NCBI RefSeq assembly: GCF_018977255.1
Contig: NW_024704743.1
Coordinates: 32,490,001-32,554,000 of the forward strand
Direction of reading: 5' to 3'
Length of the DNA: 64,000 bases
Source: Callorhinchus milii
Taxonomy: Eukaryota
The notes beneath the pieces are model-generated. The model made no database searches, was not told the DNA's origin, and was given only the letters and a program-made list of their open reading frames with translations. This document shows positions 27,353 through 41,952 of the stretch, in pieces (the first letter of the stretch is position 1; each line of letters starts with the position of its first letter). The translations under genes and the position numbers were made by a program.

Positions 27353-30300
27353 GTATAAATGTGTAAATGTGTTTCAGAAAGAAATGGGACTGAGGAAATG
27401 TGTCAAGAGGCCAGCTGGGGTGGAGAACCAGCAAAAGGTGTCGCCTTTATATTTGTCAGAAGAGGTCAAGAAGGTTATGTTGTTACTTCAACGTTGAACA
27501 TTTACACCATGACTGGTTCAAGCTAGACCCTGGTAAGACAGGTGTTTACTGCACAATGTTTTACCTGGATTGCTCCTTCATTTATGGAAAGGTGAATTCT
27601 ACCATAATTAAATACAATTGCAAAAATGGGAGAGTCTAGAAAATTATTTCTCATTAATGAGACAAACAGAACATGGAGTTTTAGTGTTTGCAAATAATTA
27701 GAACCAAACAGACATTGCAAGGAATCAGATTATTGACCAAAATTATTGTTCTTTTGTTGCTCCTTTTTTTGTGGTGGGGAGGCATGGCTAAACTAATTTC
27801 AGAAATAATTATTTCTGAAAGTATGAGACCCAATTAAACAGGTTTATTATTTATCTACATTTGTTTATAATCACAAGTGATATCTTTAAAGCGAAAAATA
27901 AAACCCATCACCACTGCCACATGTCAGCTACCTTCCTTTGCAGGACTTTCTGTTTGTGCTCATTTATAATTGTCGCTTTGAAATTATAACAGGATTAAAT
28001 AACTGTGAGGAATAACTGCAAAAATGGAAATTGTTTTTTAGATCGGTCATGGGACTCACGTTGCAAAGGAAATGGTTGCAATTGTTTCATGACCACATTG
28101 TTGAAATTGCTTTAAAAAAATACTAACCTTGTGTAATCACTTTGGGGATGTAGTTATAATCATACGTTTGCTGTGGTGCACTCTCACAGTGCCCAATTTA
28201 TGCTTGCTAACATTATTTTGACGGATAACGTCTAATTCCAATAGAGACACAGCTTGGAACTTGTTATTAATAATGCTTGCATTTGATGTAGAGTCTTTCC
28301 AGTCAGAAGGACATTTCAAATTGCTCTATAGGATTTACTGTAAAGTGTAGAGACTGTAATTGAAGTGAAATAGTTACCATTTTTTCTGGGGGATTGTTGG
28401 CCAGGACACCAGGAGCCATCCTCCTCACTTTTTGAATAGATGCCATGGGATCCGAAAGAGCAGATGGATTTAAGCGCTCTGTGATGCTTCCCTGGGTGAG
28501 GAGCGTTATATAAATGAAAGTTGTTGTCATTTAACAACTCATCTGAAGGATGGCCACTTCTACAATGCAATATACCTCCAGCACTGCACTGGAGTTTCAG
28601 CCCAGTATGGGTTCAAAGCCTCGATTTGGGTCTTGAGCCCACAATTTTCTAATGCAAGATGCTAAATTGCTACCAACTGAGCCAGGCTAACACCCAACAC
28701 TTGACCACATTGCAGTGATGGCATCAGGCACAGCTCTTCCTGCTGCCAGAAATTGTTTTTGGAATTCTGCATTCATTACGCATTCAAACCTCACATCTGG
28801 CAGTGGCAACAGGTTTGAGGTCAGCATTAATGCCTTGCCACACCCTATCTCAGCAATGTCCTGTGATCCTACTATCTCCACTATCTCCTTTCCACCAACT
28901 CCGACCAGCTTCACGGCCAGTAAAAATCCTGTGAATTACTTTGAAACATCCTCCTGACGTGAACGGTGATACATCAAATGCAAGGATTATTATTATTGTT
29001 AACTTCAACCAACTGCTGGTATAACAGAGCAGCTTGGAGTGCACATCTATCTGAACCTTTCTCTTTGTTAGGAAGTACCTGTTCAACCCTATAACTCAAG
29101 CTATGGGTGTCACACCTAGAGTGCTGCATTTAGTTCTGGTTGCTGTAGGAGGTATTCTGTTACACAGAGAGTGATGGATTATCAGTGAGGGTGACAGAAG
29201 CCAAGCTGACACATAGGGATAGGTTGGAATGGGTGTGTGGAGGAGCTCTCCTTAGTAGGCAAGTGTGTGAAAGCTTTAACATCATTTAACATAAATTGTG
29301 TTTAAATTGTGACTGTTGGAGACATGCAAGCAGTTGGTTTGGGTGAGATATTAAGGCTGATAGTAGGAGGGAACATACAAGGTTGAAATGATAATGATCA
29401 CTGAAGCACTATGATTTAACAACTTTATCCAGTGATCAGCTTCGCTGTACTCGCAGCCTCAGGAACCTCTCCAAGTCCTCGGACAGAAAATGTTCAGCAA
29501 AAAAATGAACCAAATGCAGAAACTTCTCAGTCTCAATTTTTTCATGTGGGTTAGAACAGGTGAAACACTATTCAGTGGGTTCTATCATACACTGGTCTCT
29601 AAAAATAGCTGTCTCTTCCTATTATGAAGACGCACCAAAAAGCTATCATTGTTAAATAATTCGAGCATCTTATATACCAGTGCTAATGTACTGCTCTAAA
29701 GAGTTAGGGAACACTCTGAGACAGGCAGGACAGCCACCAGCACAGTTTGGCTCAGTTGGTGGTACTATATTCATAGAAAGTACAGCTTGGAAATAGGCTA
29801 TTCAGACCATCCAGGCTTATACTCCGGTGACTGTCTCCTGATTGGCTCAGGGCTTGAGTGTAGCTTGTATTTGCTTGTCGAACAATAAAGTTGGAAAAAG
29901 TGCACGGGCCGGATTAAATCATCCACCCTGGTTTAGTTGGCCCAACCTGATTTAGGATACAACAACAATTTGCATTTATATAGCACCCTCATGCAGGGTA
30001 GCATCCTAGAGCGCTTGACAGTGGCGTAGAACGGATATATCATGGCAATCGAAAAAGAGGTCATAAGATTTAGAGTTATAAAGGGCAGTTGCAGGACAGA
30101 TACCAGGAAGTTTTGCTTTACACAGAGGGTAATCAACGACTGAAACAGGTTGCCAGGAAAGGTGGTTGAGGCAAGGACATTGGACTCATTTTAAAAAAAC
30201 ATCTTGAAGCTGCGATGAGGCACGGTAGGGTGAGTGGTCTGGAGGGACGGACCAAAGTTCATCCTAACTAATCTTCTGATCTTGTGGAACTCTTGTCTCT

Positions 30301-33300
30301 GGCTCACAAATTTATAGTTTCAAACTCTGTTGAGACTCTAAGCTTACAATCTAGCACAACACTTCAGTACAGTGCTGGGAGAATGTGCATTGTCAGGGAA
30401 GCAGTCCTTCAGGTAGAAGTTAAAGATCCAATAACACTATGTGAAAAGAGAAAGACATTTCTCCTGATTTCCTGGCCAAGAAACCCCCAGATAATATTGG
30501 TCATACTTATACACTAGAGGGCTGTTTATGGGACCATGCTGTGCACAAATTGGCTGCCATGTCTGGCAACAACAACATTCATTACACTTGACAATGACCA
30601 AACCTCTTCCTATTACTACTGAAAAGTGCATTTTGGCACGATAAAGCACCATAACAATGCAAGTTCTCTCCCTTCAAGTTCAGCCCAATGAGAGAGATCA
30701 GAAGGGGGAGTGTGTGTGCTCATTTCCGTAGGTGTATTGCAGTGCAGAAATAGTTGGCATTTGGAGAAGACTGGTTCATGAGTCCCGTTCTGCTGTCTTT
30801 AACGCTGTTCTCAGAAGACACAGAAACACGGAGGATAATTTTCTCCATGCCCACTGCTCGGAGGACCTTTGACCTCGGTCGTGTGACTTCCCCAGACCGG
30901 CTCTGAGGCAGCATTTGCTGGGAGCTGCTCCCTTTAACCATTGCTTCTGCTGCAACTGGATTTACATCATTTTAAACTAAAATAAGTTCAAACGTTCTTG
31001 AGCTGTGCACTGAAACTACTACGTTTCTTTTAAAAACAGTGATTAAAAACCATGTTGCAGTCTTGGCTATTTAATAGCTTTAAAACATTTTGGGACGGTA
31101 CATCAGGCACAAGTCGGTGGTGCGCTTCGCAAATGCTCAATTGAAAAAAAGTCAGTGCATTGAAAGTGTAGGGTTTTAGTCAGGTAAATAACAGAACATG
31201 ATCCACTTGGCAGTGGAATTAGACCCAGTAACAACTGTTCAAAGGGCAAAGAATTAGTGAAAGGGGTTAAAGGGATACAACTGTACACTTGCAAAAATAT
31301 GTACATCAACATTCTTCACATAAAATGCACCCGCTGAACTAACACTTGTTCAGACAGTCGATCCGTTAACATGTTAACACAAGAGACTCATTGTTGCCAA
31401 GGGCTTGGTAAAACTAATTTATTAAAAATATATAATTTGTCACCTGTTTCCAGATTTCAATATACGTGGGGTCATTAAGTTTTTAACACAAGGTGAACTT
31501 TCCAGTTGGCATACTGAAATTCCACAAGCAGATCAACTTCAAGATCCCCATCCTGACCTTTAAATACCTCCACGATCATGCCCCTTTCTACTTCTGCAAT
31601 CTCATCCAGCCTCCTTACTCGCTGTTCTCTGCCCTTCCAACACTGGTCTACTGTCCATTCCTTACTCTCTCCATCAGTGATTGCCATTAAGCCACTATCA
31701 CCCCCCCCCCACCCCTCACACACACATATATATATATACAGACATACAACCTTCTAAAACACCCACTTGCCTTGCTCTTGCTCTCCTTGCCTTCAGAATC
31801 CTCTTTTTTAAAAAAGATTTTTGACCGTATCTTTGGCCCATACCCTTAAACCCTGCTTCCTGTCCTCCCTGCTAGGTAACGAGCCAGTTCCATCGGTTTA
31901 TCTGATCACAACAGATCTTTCAATAAATACTAATAATCCTTGCAATCTGATATAGAGCTTTATCATGGTGTCGAGATGTCTCAAAACGCTTCACGAGATT
32001 TTACAGTGAAGATTAGTGACAACTGTAGGCAAAACAGGACAGTCAATTTGTGCACAGAAAATGTCCCACAAACAGCCAATAAAGTGAATGATCAATTTTA
32101 TTTTGGGGGATTTTCTGGCCAGAAAATGTCTGGCCTTTTCAATATACCCATTAATTATACTCTATATTACACATGCATCTGCTTTTAAACAACCCTATTG
32201 TTTCTGTCACGACGGCTTTCTGGGGAGGAACATTCTATATCTTTACAGAACGCTGCGAAGAACAGCTTCTTGGTTTCTAACCATCCATACCCAGAGGAGA
32301 AATAAATAAGGCAGAGCACGTACAATCCCTTAATCGCTACTAAACTGTGATAAACAAGTAAACTTAACAAGTGGGTCTCTTCAATTCTTCACATAGTCCC
32401 AATGTTTCCGGAAGGGAGCAAGCAAAGGAGCACAAAAAAAATTCAAGAGCTTTGTTTTCAATAGAGAGGCAGAGGGTGCTATATTTCCAGCCAACCGTGT
32501 CCCAAAAGCACCTATAAACTAACTTTTCTCACCAATGGTAATTCAGGTGTTTGCTAATGTGTTAGGAAACACATTAATCTGCTGCATTCCGAAAGCCAAT
32601 TCCTGGTGCTCTTTATACTAATAATCCTTGCATTTGATATTGTGCCTTATCACATTGTAGTCTCAAAATGCTGCACAGGATTTTACTGTGAAACGTAGTG
32701 ATTGCATTTGTAAGCAAACATGTCAGTCAATTTAACCACAACAATGTCCCACAAACCGTCATGGATTGAGTGACCAATCCTATCTGGGGATTGTTGACCA
32801 AGATACTGGGAGAAACAACGCCTTGAGATCTTTAACATCCAAATCCCGGAACAGGTAGATGGGACCTTAGTTTAATGTCTCATCTGAAGCACGGCACCTT
32901 CGACATTCCAGCGCTCCCCCAGCACTGCGTTACAGTATATTTATTTTCAATTAAATTAAACAGTAGTTTGTGTTGCAGAATCGAAGTGTTTGACAGGGGC
33001 ACTTAAATTGGTCAGTCTCTCCCAGCATTTGAAAAGTCCCAGTGATTAATTACGAGCACAATTGATTATTCATAGTTTCAACTGAAGTTCATGAGAAGCA
33101 GCTCCATGAAGAGATCCATGGCCGATGTGTCATTATTCCAGGCACCTAAAATGATTGTCACTGCTTACTTGCTTTTGTTCAAAAAAAAGTAATTATATAA
33201 AATGCTCACACTTTAAATTTAAAGAATATTTATGCAGTGTTTGCAGAGCGCCCCACATTCACGTTACGTAACCATGGGGATGGTCCGCTCGAGCACATCA

Positions 33301-36300
33301 TGGGGAGATCGCCAGTTGGCAAAAGTCTATGCCAACAATTTTATGGTGAGAATATTTAATTGCGCCTGTATGTCATTTTACCATATGTGGGTTAAACTGA
33401 CTTCGGGAAATTTTCAGTTAGTGCATTTATGGGGCTTGACATCAATTTTAATAGAGAGAATGGCTGGAACTGAATGGGAAAGGGAAGAACTGCCACTGGT
33501 AGATGGTAGAGATTTTTGGTTAGTATTACTCATCGGGTTTCAAGTGATGCCCTGATGTGTACACTCTCCTCATATCCACAATATGGTCAATTCCAATTAG
33601 TGGGAATATCAGCTCTTTCTCTCTCTCCCAAGTACATCTAATAGCTCATTTCCATTCAGTTTGTGCTCCTGACAAACAACACTGTATCCTTTGCTGCTCA
33701 AGCACTGAACTCCAACACGTGGAACCATCACTTAATGGGAAGGGATGCGTGTCCAAGCTGTGGGCAGGAAGATCATGGCAATGCTCTCATGCATTCTATA
33801 TTGCCCAGCAGGAAATTTCTAGGGAGTTCCTGGAACTTACCATCCCCCTAGTGAGGGCTCAAACCCGTACTTGTTGGATGTAAAATGACCAACTGATGAC
33901 TATCCTCCTGGAGTGAGGGGGGAGGTGAAGAGGTAAGCGGGATCTCCTTGGAACTGAACTGGCTCAAAGGTGACATGTTTCGAAATGGAAGGCGGGAATC
34001 GAGTCAGCCCTCTGTGTTGGTCGAGGTAATCAGTTCCTGAGTCAGGCGGTTCCACACTATTCCAGGGCACTGTTGATGACAGCACAGCCAGCCCATCGGC
34101 AGGACCTGGAAGGGAAGACCTGTCACTGGAGGCAGGGAGTCATCCCACTCAGCTCCTGTTAACCCTGACGGATTAAGCCAAAGCCCTAATGGATAGGTTG
34201 CTTGTTTAATTGGTTAAAATCCAGCAACACCCACAACAGGCATTCTGGGGTCCCCAAGCCTTGACTCTTGCCAACCTGCGCCTAATACTTTCTGGAATTA
34301 GGTAAGCAGGATGTGGTGCCCCTTCAGGGAGAGAGTGCGCATTCCATTCCAACAAATACCTCGGGAATTTCCTTGTGTAAGTGGGATGCTTGTAATTATG
34401 TTTGGCTTGGATACTCTTTAAGTGATGGTGATGGGTTTCTGCATGTGTCAAGACACCCGGCTGACAAAAAAAATCCTCTGCTTAGACCTCAACAGCAGCT
34501 GTGGTGTCTAGACAAGCACTTCACACTTCATTTTATCTGGTTGCAATTTTCATTGTTTAAAACTATCAGTACAACCGTGAATCACAAGTCACAAACCCCT
34601 GAACATGTGCCCTCTTGTCCAGCTGCCTTCTCCCATCTGAACCAATTTTTATTGCTTCAACCTACTACTTTTGTGTGCAACACTGATTGCTACCTGCTGT
34701 GATAATAATAACCTTTGCATTTAATATAGCACCTTTCATATCCGGGGACTCTAAAGAATTTCACAGGATTTACTATAAAATATTGTAACTGTGCATTTCA
34801 TATATTTTGTAGTTGAGCCAGCGCCTTGGGACGTCCTCCCGACGTGAAAGTCGCTATACAAATGTAATCTTGTTGTTGTGGTTGAACCCAGCAACCAATT
34901 TGTACACAGCGATGTCCCACAACCAGCCATGATGTGAAAGTAGTTAGTATCGAATCATCATTGCTGAAAGAAACCAGGTATCTGTGGGCCATCATTTATA
35001 CAGGAATCAAGAGGTTGAAATAACATCACAGATCCACATTCGCCTGTTGTTCAAGAGTAATAATAATAATCCTTGGATTTCAACGCTTTCTCAAAACCTT
35101 CCTCTTCGACCGAGCCTTCAGCCATCCTCTTTGCCCTCCACCTTCCCTGATCCTTACCCCACCTGCTCGGGTCCAAATTCTTGACTGCCCAGCACCTTGG
35201 GATGTCCTCCAGAAATGCGCTATATAAATGCAACTTTGTATTGGATTGGATTTGATATAGTGCTTTATCATGTCATTGAGATGTCTCAAAACGCATCACA
35301 GGATATACTATAAAGTGTAGTGGCTGGTCTTTTGTGGGCAAAACGCAGCAACCAATTGCACATGTCAGTGTACCACAAACAGTCATAGATTGAGTGCCTA
35401 AAATATTATTATTTTGAAGGAATTATTACCCCTGGAAAATGATCCACAAATTGACTAACAACCTAGGTAAACAGAGGCAGGTGGAGTAAGGTAACTTGCC
35501 TAAGATTTCACCCTTGGGCACCCTCACCCTGCCCGGGAATCAAACCCAGAGTGCCCTAACCACTACGCTACAGGACTGCAATTACAGTAAACAATTATGG
35601 TCCGTGAAAGTAGTCCAAAAGAATTTCACTTCACTTAATGGTAAAAATAATCACAGTAAGATTCTTTCAATGGAAACAAAACAAATACCAAGTAGCAAAA
35701 AGCAGTTACTTGGGAAATTTCTGCAAATGTGCTGGTTTGTGCCCAGGAAACGTTAGTTTGTCATGTCAAACATGCAATTAAACTATTCCCTGGTTTTAAT
35801 TATTTCAGGTTTATTCAGGTATATTGGCCGTTACATACAGAAACAGCAATCATAGAAAACCCATGCCCTGTGTCTGCTGTCCTGACCAGTGAGGTCTCTC
35901 AATAGAAACTGTGACATAAGCAGATATATGCATCAGTGACTGTGGGCTTCAGGCAACCGTACATTAAACTGTAAGTAATGAAAAGCAATGACGGGAGCTA
36001 ATGGTGGTCTGAGCTTTCAAAATAAAATAATAAATTATCCAACTACAGTAGTCCGGCTAGACCGCAGCCCGGCTAGACTACGGAGCAATTGATTTGATGC
36101 AAGACTTACACCATCAGGATTCTCACCAGAAAAAATTCATGATCTGCACCAAATAGGCTGTTTAAAATCTTGATTTATTTCCAGAATTGAACTCTGAAAA
36201 GCGTTCTTCAAGGCACTTTTGCATTGGAACTAATCTGGAGGCAGCACAATGTAAACCGCCAGCACATTCACTGCCAAAGTAATCATCCTAGCAACCTCCA

Positions 36301-36569
36301 CGTTACTATAGAGCTGACATCAAAACATGGACTGGGAATGGCAATTCGCCAGATATAAAGTTGCTTTCATCGTTACACAATACGACTGTGACTGGCTGGA
36401 GGTTTCGTCATTTCGTAAAACGCTGCCTCGGATCAGCTCCTCGAGTTGCTACTTACCAGAGGTGGTTTGAGGCCTGGACACTGGACTCATCTAAAAACAG
36501 CTCGACCTGTGCTGGGAGGACAGTAGAGTGTACAGTGCTCCAAGATGTGAAGTTGTTGTTGTTGTCCCC

Positions 36570-37320
36570 CTCGTAGAAGCCTCCGCTCCTGGCTACACAT
36601 TTCACCATACCCCCCACCCGAACCAACCGATGGCGGGATGGCCCTCATCTCCCAAGCTTCCCTTGGTCTATCCCCTTATTCCTCTGGCTGTTTCTCCACC
36701 TATTTTTTCCACAACTGGAAAAAGCTTCCCCAACTCCGTCACAAATGCCCTCTCTTCCTTGGACCTCCTCTCCCTCTGGCCCTCTACCCACAGCGATCCT
36801 GATGCAGCCATCAAGCTGCTGAACGACTGTTTCTCCACAACCTTTAATTCCGTAGCTCCCCTGAAATCCAGGGTTGTTTCCAAACCCACCCGCTTCCGCT
36901 GGTACAACAGCCATCTCTGTTCACTTAAAACCCAAACCCAGATGCTCAAGCGCAGATGGCAGAAATCCGGCTTCACAATTCACCACCAGCTGTGGCTCGA
37001 GCTCCTCCACACCTACAGCCTTTCACAAGTCTAAACTGACTTTTACTTTAAAGTCATCCTGGAGGCCAAAAACTACCCAAAGACACCGTTTTCCACCATC
37101 CATCACTTCCTCCATGCCGCTGCTCAAGCGCCCATCTACCCTCATATGAAATGCCAAGTGCAAACAGGTCCTAGACTTCTTTGCCTCAAAGATTGAAAAT
37201 ATCCGCTTGGCTGCATCGTCCTCCTCCTCTGAACCCCCACCCCCCACCCCCGTCCCCATATCCCCTTCCACCCCACCCAGACCATCCACACTGCACTTCT
37301 CCCTCCGCCCCAGTGTTACA
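36570..37320 (+). mobile_element. Internal L2-type ORF2 fragment (region between endonuclease and RT), internally deleted
   Basis: Translation ...LLNDCFSTTFNSVAPLKSRVVSKPTRFRWYNSHLCSLK...KRRWQKSG...HHQLW is typical of L2 ORF2. Also FFASKIENIR. Confidence 0.75.
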
Positions 37321-37569
37321 TGGTATCCGAAGGCTATGCCGGGATCAGTGAGGAGGCGCCTTTCAAGTCGGTGCCTTTTTTTTTGCATCTTAGGAATGGC
37401 AATGGATCTTTGGTTTAGTTTCTAGAGAAACCTCAAAAGAACCTTGGTGAATCTAAAGATGGCATGTGAAACCTTACCTAATAGTAGACCTTTTACTCCC
37501 TCAAAAATTTAATCGGAACCAGCATGCTCTCCTGACCTCTGTGTCCCGTTAAAACAAAGTGTGAGAAAG

Positions 37570-37980
37570 AGAGAATGGGGGGGAAAGAGAGAGGGAGACG
37601 AAGGGCACATGGAACAGAGGGAAGGGGGAGCAGAAGCAGAAGGGGGGTGGGGGGGATGGAGACAAGTTTGAGTGACAGAGTACAAAGGGTGAGAGAGAGA
37701 GAGAGGAAGGGAGGGAGATCGGGGAGGGGAATTTGGGGGAAACGAATGTCTATAGTTCTATGCAAAAGTGACTGAAAGATAATTTGCAAGACAGAGAGAG
37801 GGAAAGACTCAGAGAAATTCAGTCAAGAGAGGGAGACACACATACACAGAGTGACGGACACAAAGACAATGCGAGACATGTACAGAGTAAGCCCACGGGG
37901 TGACAGGATAGGAACAGAGAGAAGGAGCACACTCAAAAAGTGAGGGAGAGAAAAGGCAAAAAAATACAGAGACAAACACA
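37570..37980. repeat. GA-rich low-complexity tract
   Basis: Purine-rich GAGA/GGGA/ACAG composition. Confidence 0.7.
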
Positions 37981-39465
37981 AGACACATTCACAAGCAAAG
38001 TATACTTACACTCCCTTCAAACGGCTCGCTCCTACAAGCCTGTGTTCCCAGGTAAGCCCTCCTCCCTTTTCACCAGTACCGTAAAACTCACACAAGCTGC
38101 AGCAGTCATAACATTTAATACGACTTACGCGAAGTCCGAGTTATAGGCACATTTGTAGAAATCGTATAAATTCCAATTTAATCAATAATCTACACTGCTC
38201 ATGCGTACATCAATCAGCATGAGTATGCGTATGCGTATGAGTGTGTATGCGGTGATGGGACCAACACTGCGTTTCCCGCGATTCAATGCGTCTTCACCTG
38301 TCGCCGCACGAGCATTGGAATTGCACTGAATTGTGGGAAATTGAGTTCTTCGGTGAGTGTGTCGACAGGTCAAGTCTACGTTTCCCGCGAGTCAATACAG
38401 CCGGTAAGTCTGGGAGTAATGGACGGTAGGAGAGCAGCGTTAGGAGATGATTAATACGACTAGTTCACAGAAATCCAAGTAGTTTTGATAGGAAGTTGAA
38501 TGGGATTCGGATGGTTGTACGACAGGCAATTATACGATTTATAAAGGTAAGACGGATGTGAGTGTTACTGTATTACTTCTGTAGATTATGATTATTATGA
38601 CTAGAATTATTTTTATCATCAATTATTATTCAACCAGTACGAGATTAGTAATGGTGTTTTCTAGATTTAAAAACCTGTTATCTGCACAACGGATAAGAGA
38701 GCTTTAACAGCTCCGGATAAGGAAAACTCCAGCCCCCATCGCCCCCCTCCACCGCCTACGCGATAAGGAAAGCTCCTGGATACTTTTATGTCCTTCAGTA
38801 GTATTGTTATTACGCACATCTTACACTACTCAACTTCCTTTCAGAAAGGCAGTTACAGATGCAAACTTCAGTGTCATCAGGTCTCTGCGGATGTCTCACT
38901 CACTGTGCCCACAAGAAGCGACATTGGCAGTGACCTAATGCCACATATTTTGAACATTTGTAATGCGGGAGCTGACCTGAATGCAGGAAGGCTGTGTGCA
39001 TATGCAGCAAATGGGGTTCACAACCCATCCATATTTTTCATTTCATTTTCATATTTTTCATTTGTACAGCACCTTTCACGTTGGGAGGACGTCCCAAGGC
39101 GCTGGACAGACAGAGCTACGGATCCGAACTTGGGGTCAGGGTGGGGGAGGGTGGAGGGCAGGGGGCGAAGCAGGGAGATCGAAAGCACGGTCGAAGAGGA
39201 GGGTCTTGAGGTGGATCTTGAAGGTGGCTGTAACATTCATGCAATATCAAAGCACATTATAACATTACAGCCCTGCAGCAACAAAGAAAATATATACGTG
39301 TCCCAGGAATATATATCCAAGAATAAAACAATACAATCTCTTCTTACTATTGATCAACACACTAGTACAAATCCACATGGCTAAGTGAAGATGTGCTTTA
39401 AACTATGACCTACCATCTCGTTGACTCAATGCCTGCTCTAGCAGTGCTAAATTGTCTCTACTTAC

Positions 39466-39566
39466 ATGTTTCTCCACATCGTCACCTATGATCTTGCTGT
39501 GCTTCACAAATTCTGCAACGCTGCCACTCAGCAAAGCATCGAAAGCTTCCACATACGGCACCAGAC
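39466..39566 (-). CDS. CAP2: CAP2 coding exon 2 (G-LVPYVEAFDALLSGSVAEFVKHSKIIGDDVEKH)
   Basis: Resembles CAP helical domain VAPSVEAFD..VAEFLK.S..L.GDVE.H. Acceptor ttttgtatttcaag|, donor CAT|gtaagt. 101 nt, phase-compatible with the previous exon. Confidence 0.95.
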
Positions 39567-41952
39567 CTTGAAATACAAAAAAAGTGAATAAAAGCTGACA
39601 TTGGAATCAAACGCTTCTACCACATGCTACAGAACAAGTATAAAGGGAAGTGATTAACGATTATCTCAGAGACACTTCTCTGAGGCAGCTTTGAAAGTTT
39701 CCATTACTTCATAGAATTTTATAGCACAGAAGCAGGCCATTCGGCCCATCGTGCTTGTGCTGGCTCTTTGAAAGAGCTATCAACTGCTCCCATTTACCCG
39801 ATCTTACCTCACAGCCCTGCAAACCTTTGATAGAAAATTCATCTTCTGACGAATAGATTCATCACTTATCCTTCAATTCCATTCTGGTTTCCTTCCTTTA
39901 TTCCAAATTAACTTCAGTTTTTCCTTTTCCTTAGCCAGCCCTTAATTTGTTTTAGTGTTATTTTCCCCTTTTGTTTCCTTTACTCATCAGTCTCCTAGTC
40001 TCTGGCGAAATGTAGCTCAAACAAATACAGTATATTGCATCACTGCAAATTGGACTATTTTGAAACCTCACGGTTATCAAAAATATAATATCCTTACACA
40101 GGAGTATTCAGGGCTCTGGACTAATTTAAGAAACAGAATGATGTCATATTATGGTAAGATTAAATCAAATGGGCAGAAGGGCTTTCCTCACCTCGCATAT
40201 CTTCGGTGATTTTGTCTACAGCTGTAGAATGTTGAATTTGTGCAGAAACGGTTTATTTCCAAAGAAATTGCTGTTGCCTCCACAATATCTCACTGAATAC
40301 ACTGAGCACAGAAGCCAGATGTTATGCAGCTTCAGTAAGGGGGAGGGAAATAGAAAGGTGTGGGAGTGAATAAGTATAACCAGTGGCACCGATTAGTTGG
40401 GCCAAATGGACTTTTTCGTTGCTGTACTATCTGGATACATTTCATTCAGCGAACACTGCACACACTTGCTCAATTCAAACAGCAATAAAATAAAGTTGTT
40501 TTCTGCAGTGGATGTGAATGCAGTACATTTCAAAGGGAAGTCAACCCCATAACTTCCAAAGAAGGTGGGAAATGTGACTCACGTAGTGGACAGTGTGAAT
40601 GCTATCACCGGAAAAGCAGCAGTGTAAATGGCACCTTGGGATGTAAAACAAGTCTCCCATATGTATGTCACACCAATCTGTGGAAACTGGGCTCCGATCC
40701 GAGATCTCGTTGGAGCTGCATATATACGGTTCCCTGGGAAACACACAATGTCTTCAGGCACTTTTTCCTGTGGGAGCCACCATTTACGCTGCCATTTTAC
40801 CTAGCCATAAGTAGGAACCCAGTTGTTAGTTGATTGGTGGATTCTTTTCTGGGGGTAATGATTCCTTCAAAAACATAATAATTTGGTCACTCAGTCCATC
40901 ATTGTTTGTGGGACACTGCTGTGCACAATTGTCTGCCTTGTTTCGCCCACAAAATATACAGTCAATTCACTTTACGTATATTCCGTGAAATGTTTTGGGA
41001 TATCTCAAAGACCACATAAGACTCTATATCAAACTCAAGAATTATTATTATTATTAATTCAATACTGTACAAAATGTCCCTTTTTAAACAAAAAAACAGA
41101 ATTCTATTCCCTCCCCAAACCACTCAAGCAGCAATAAATCAAAATTTTCATCTCCAAGGATACATGTTTGTCCGCTAATTTATTAACTCTTATCCATAGA
41201 ACAGTCCCTACTCAAAAAGCAGCTGACAAAGATCCGTTTTAGAAGCTCTTACAGAGGAAATATTTTAATTCCTGAGTTATTATGGCATTTATTTCAGACT
41301 ACTCAGCTGATTTGGGCAAATAGCATGTAATTTTGTTTACACATTGTTAAAGTTAAAATCATAGATTGTTAGTGACAAAATCATAATGCACTAATCAGAG
41401 GAATATGTAGGACCTGAATACTGACATTCTACTTTTATTAAACAGATGATACGGTTTGACTCTGCATGCCTATAAATGACATGAGTGACTGCTTCTCTCC
41501 ACCCCAAAATGATTTAATCCCATTGCCACTTAACATTGCAGGCTTATTACGGTTTCTTTCTAAGTGAGTGATAAATAACTTACACTGTCAAATGGTTATT
41601 GATAGAGCAAAGGGTGATAAAATGCAGATTAAAATGTTGTACTGTTAATTCTGTGTTTGAATCTGGTCCAGTCTAATGTTTTTCCCTTGACTGCACAGGT
41701 TACCTGTGAAATGTGCAGTGAATAAACTCTTAATCTACTTGGTGATGAGCTACAGTATACAACAAAATAAAACTGTCCATAACTTAGCAGAAAGTGCCTG
41801 GCCCCTGTAGAGACCATAAAGATAGCTGATAACTGGTGTGGAAATTCACAATGATGCTGTGGGTATGTTCTTCTAACAGAAGAACATTATGGTCTGGCTA
41901 AGATTTATCACAATCCATTTAAAGGCACTTGTTTAGTGGTCAGTGTGTCATA

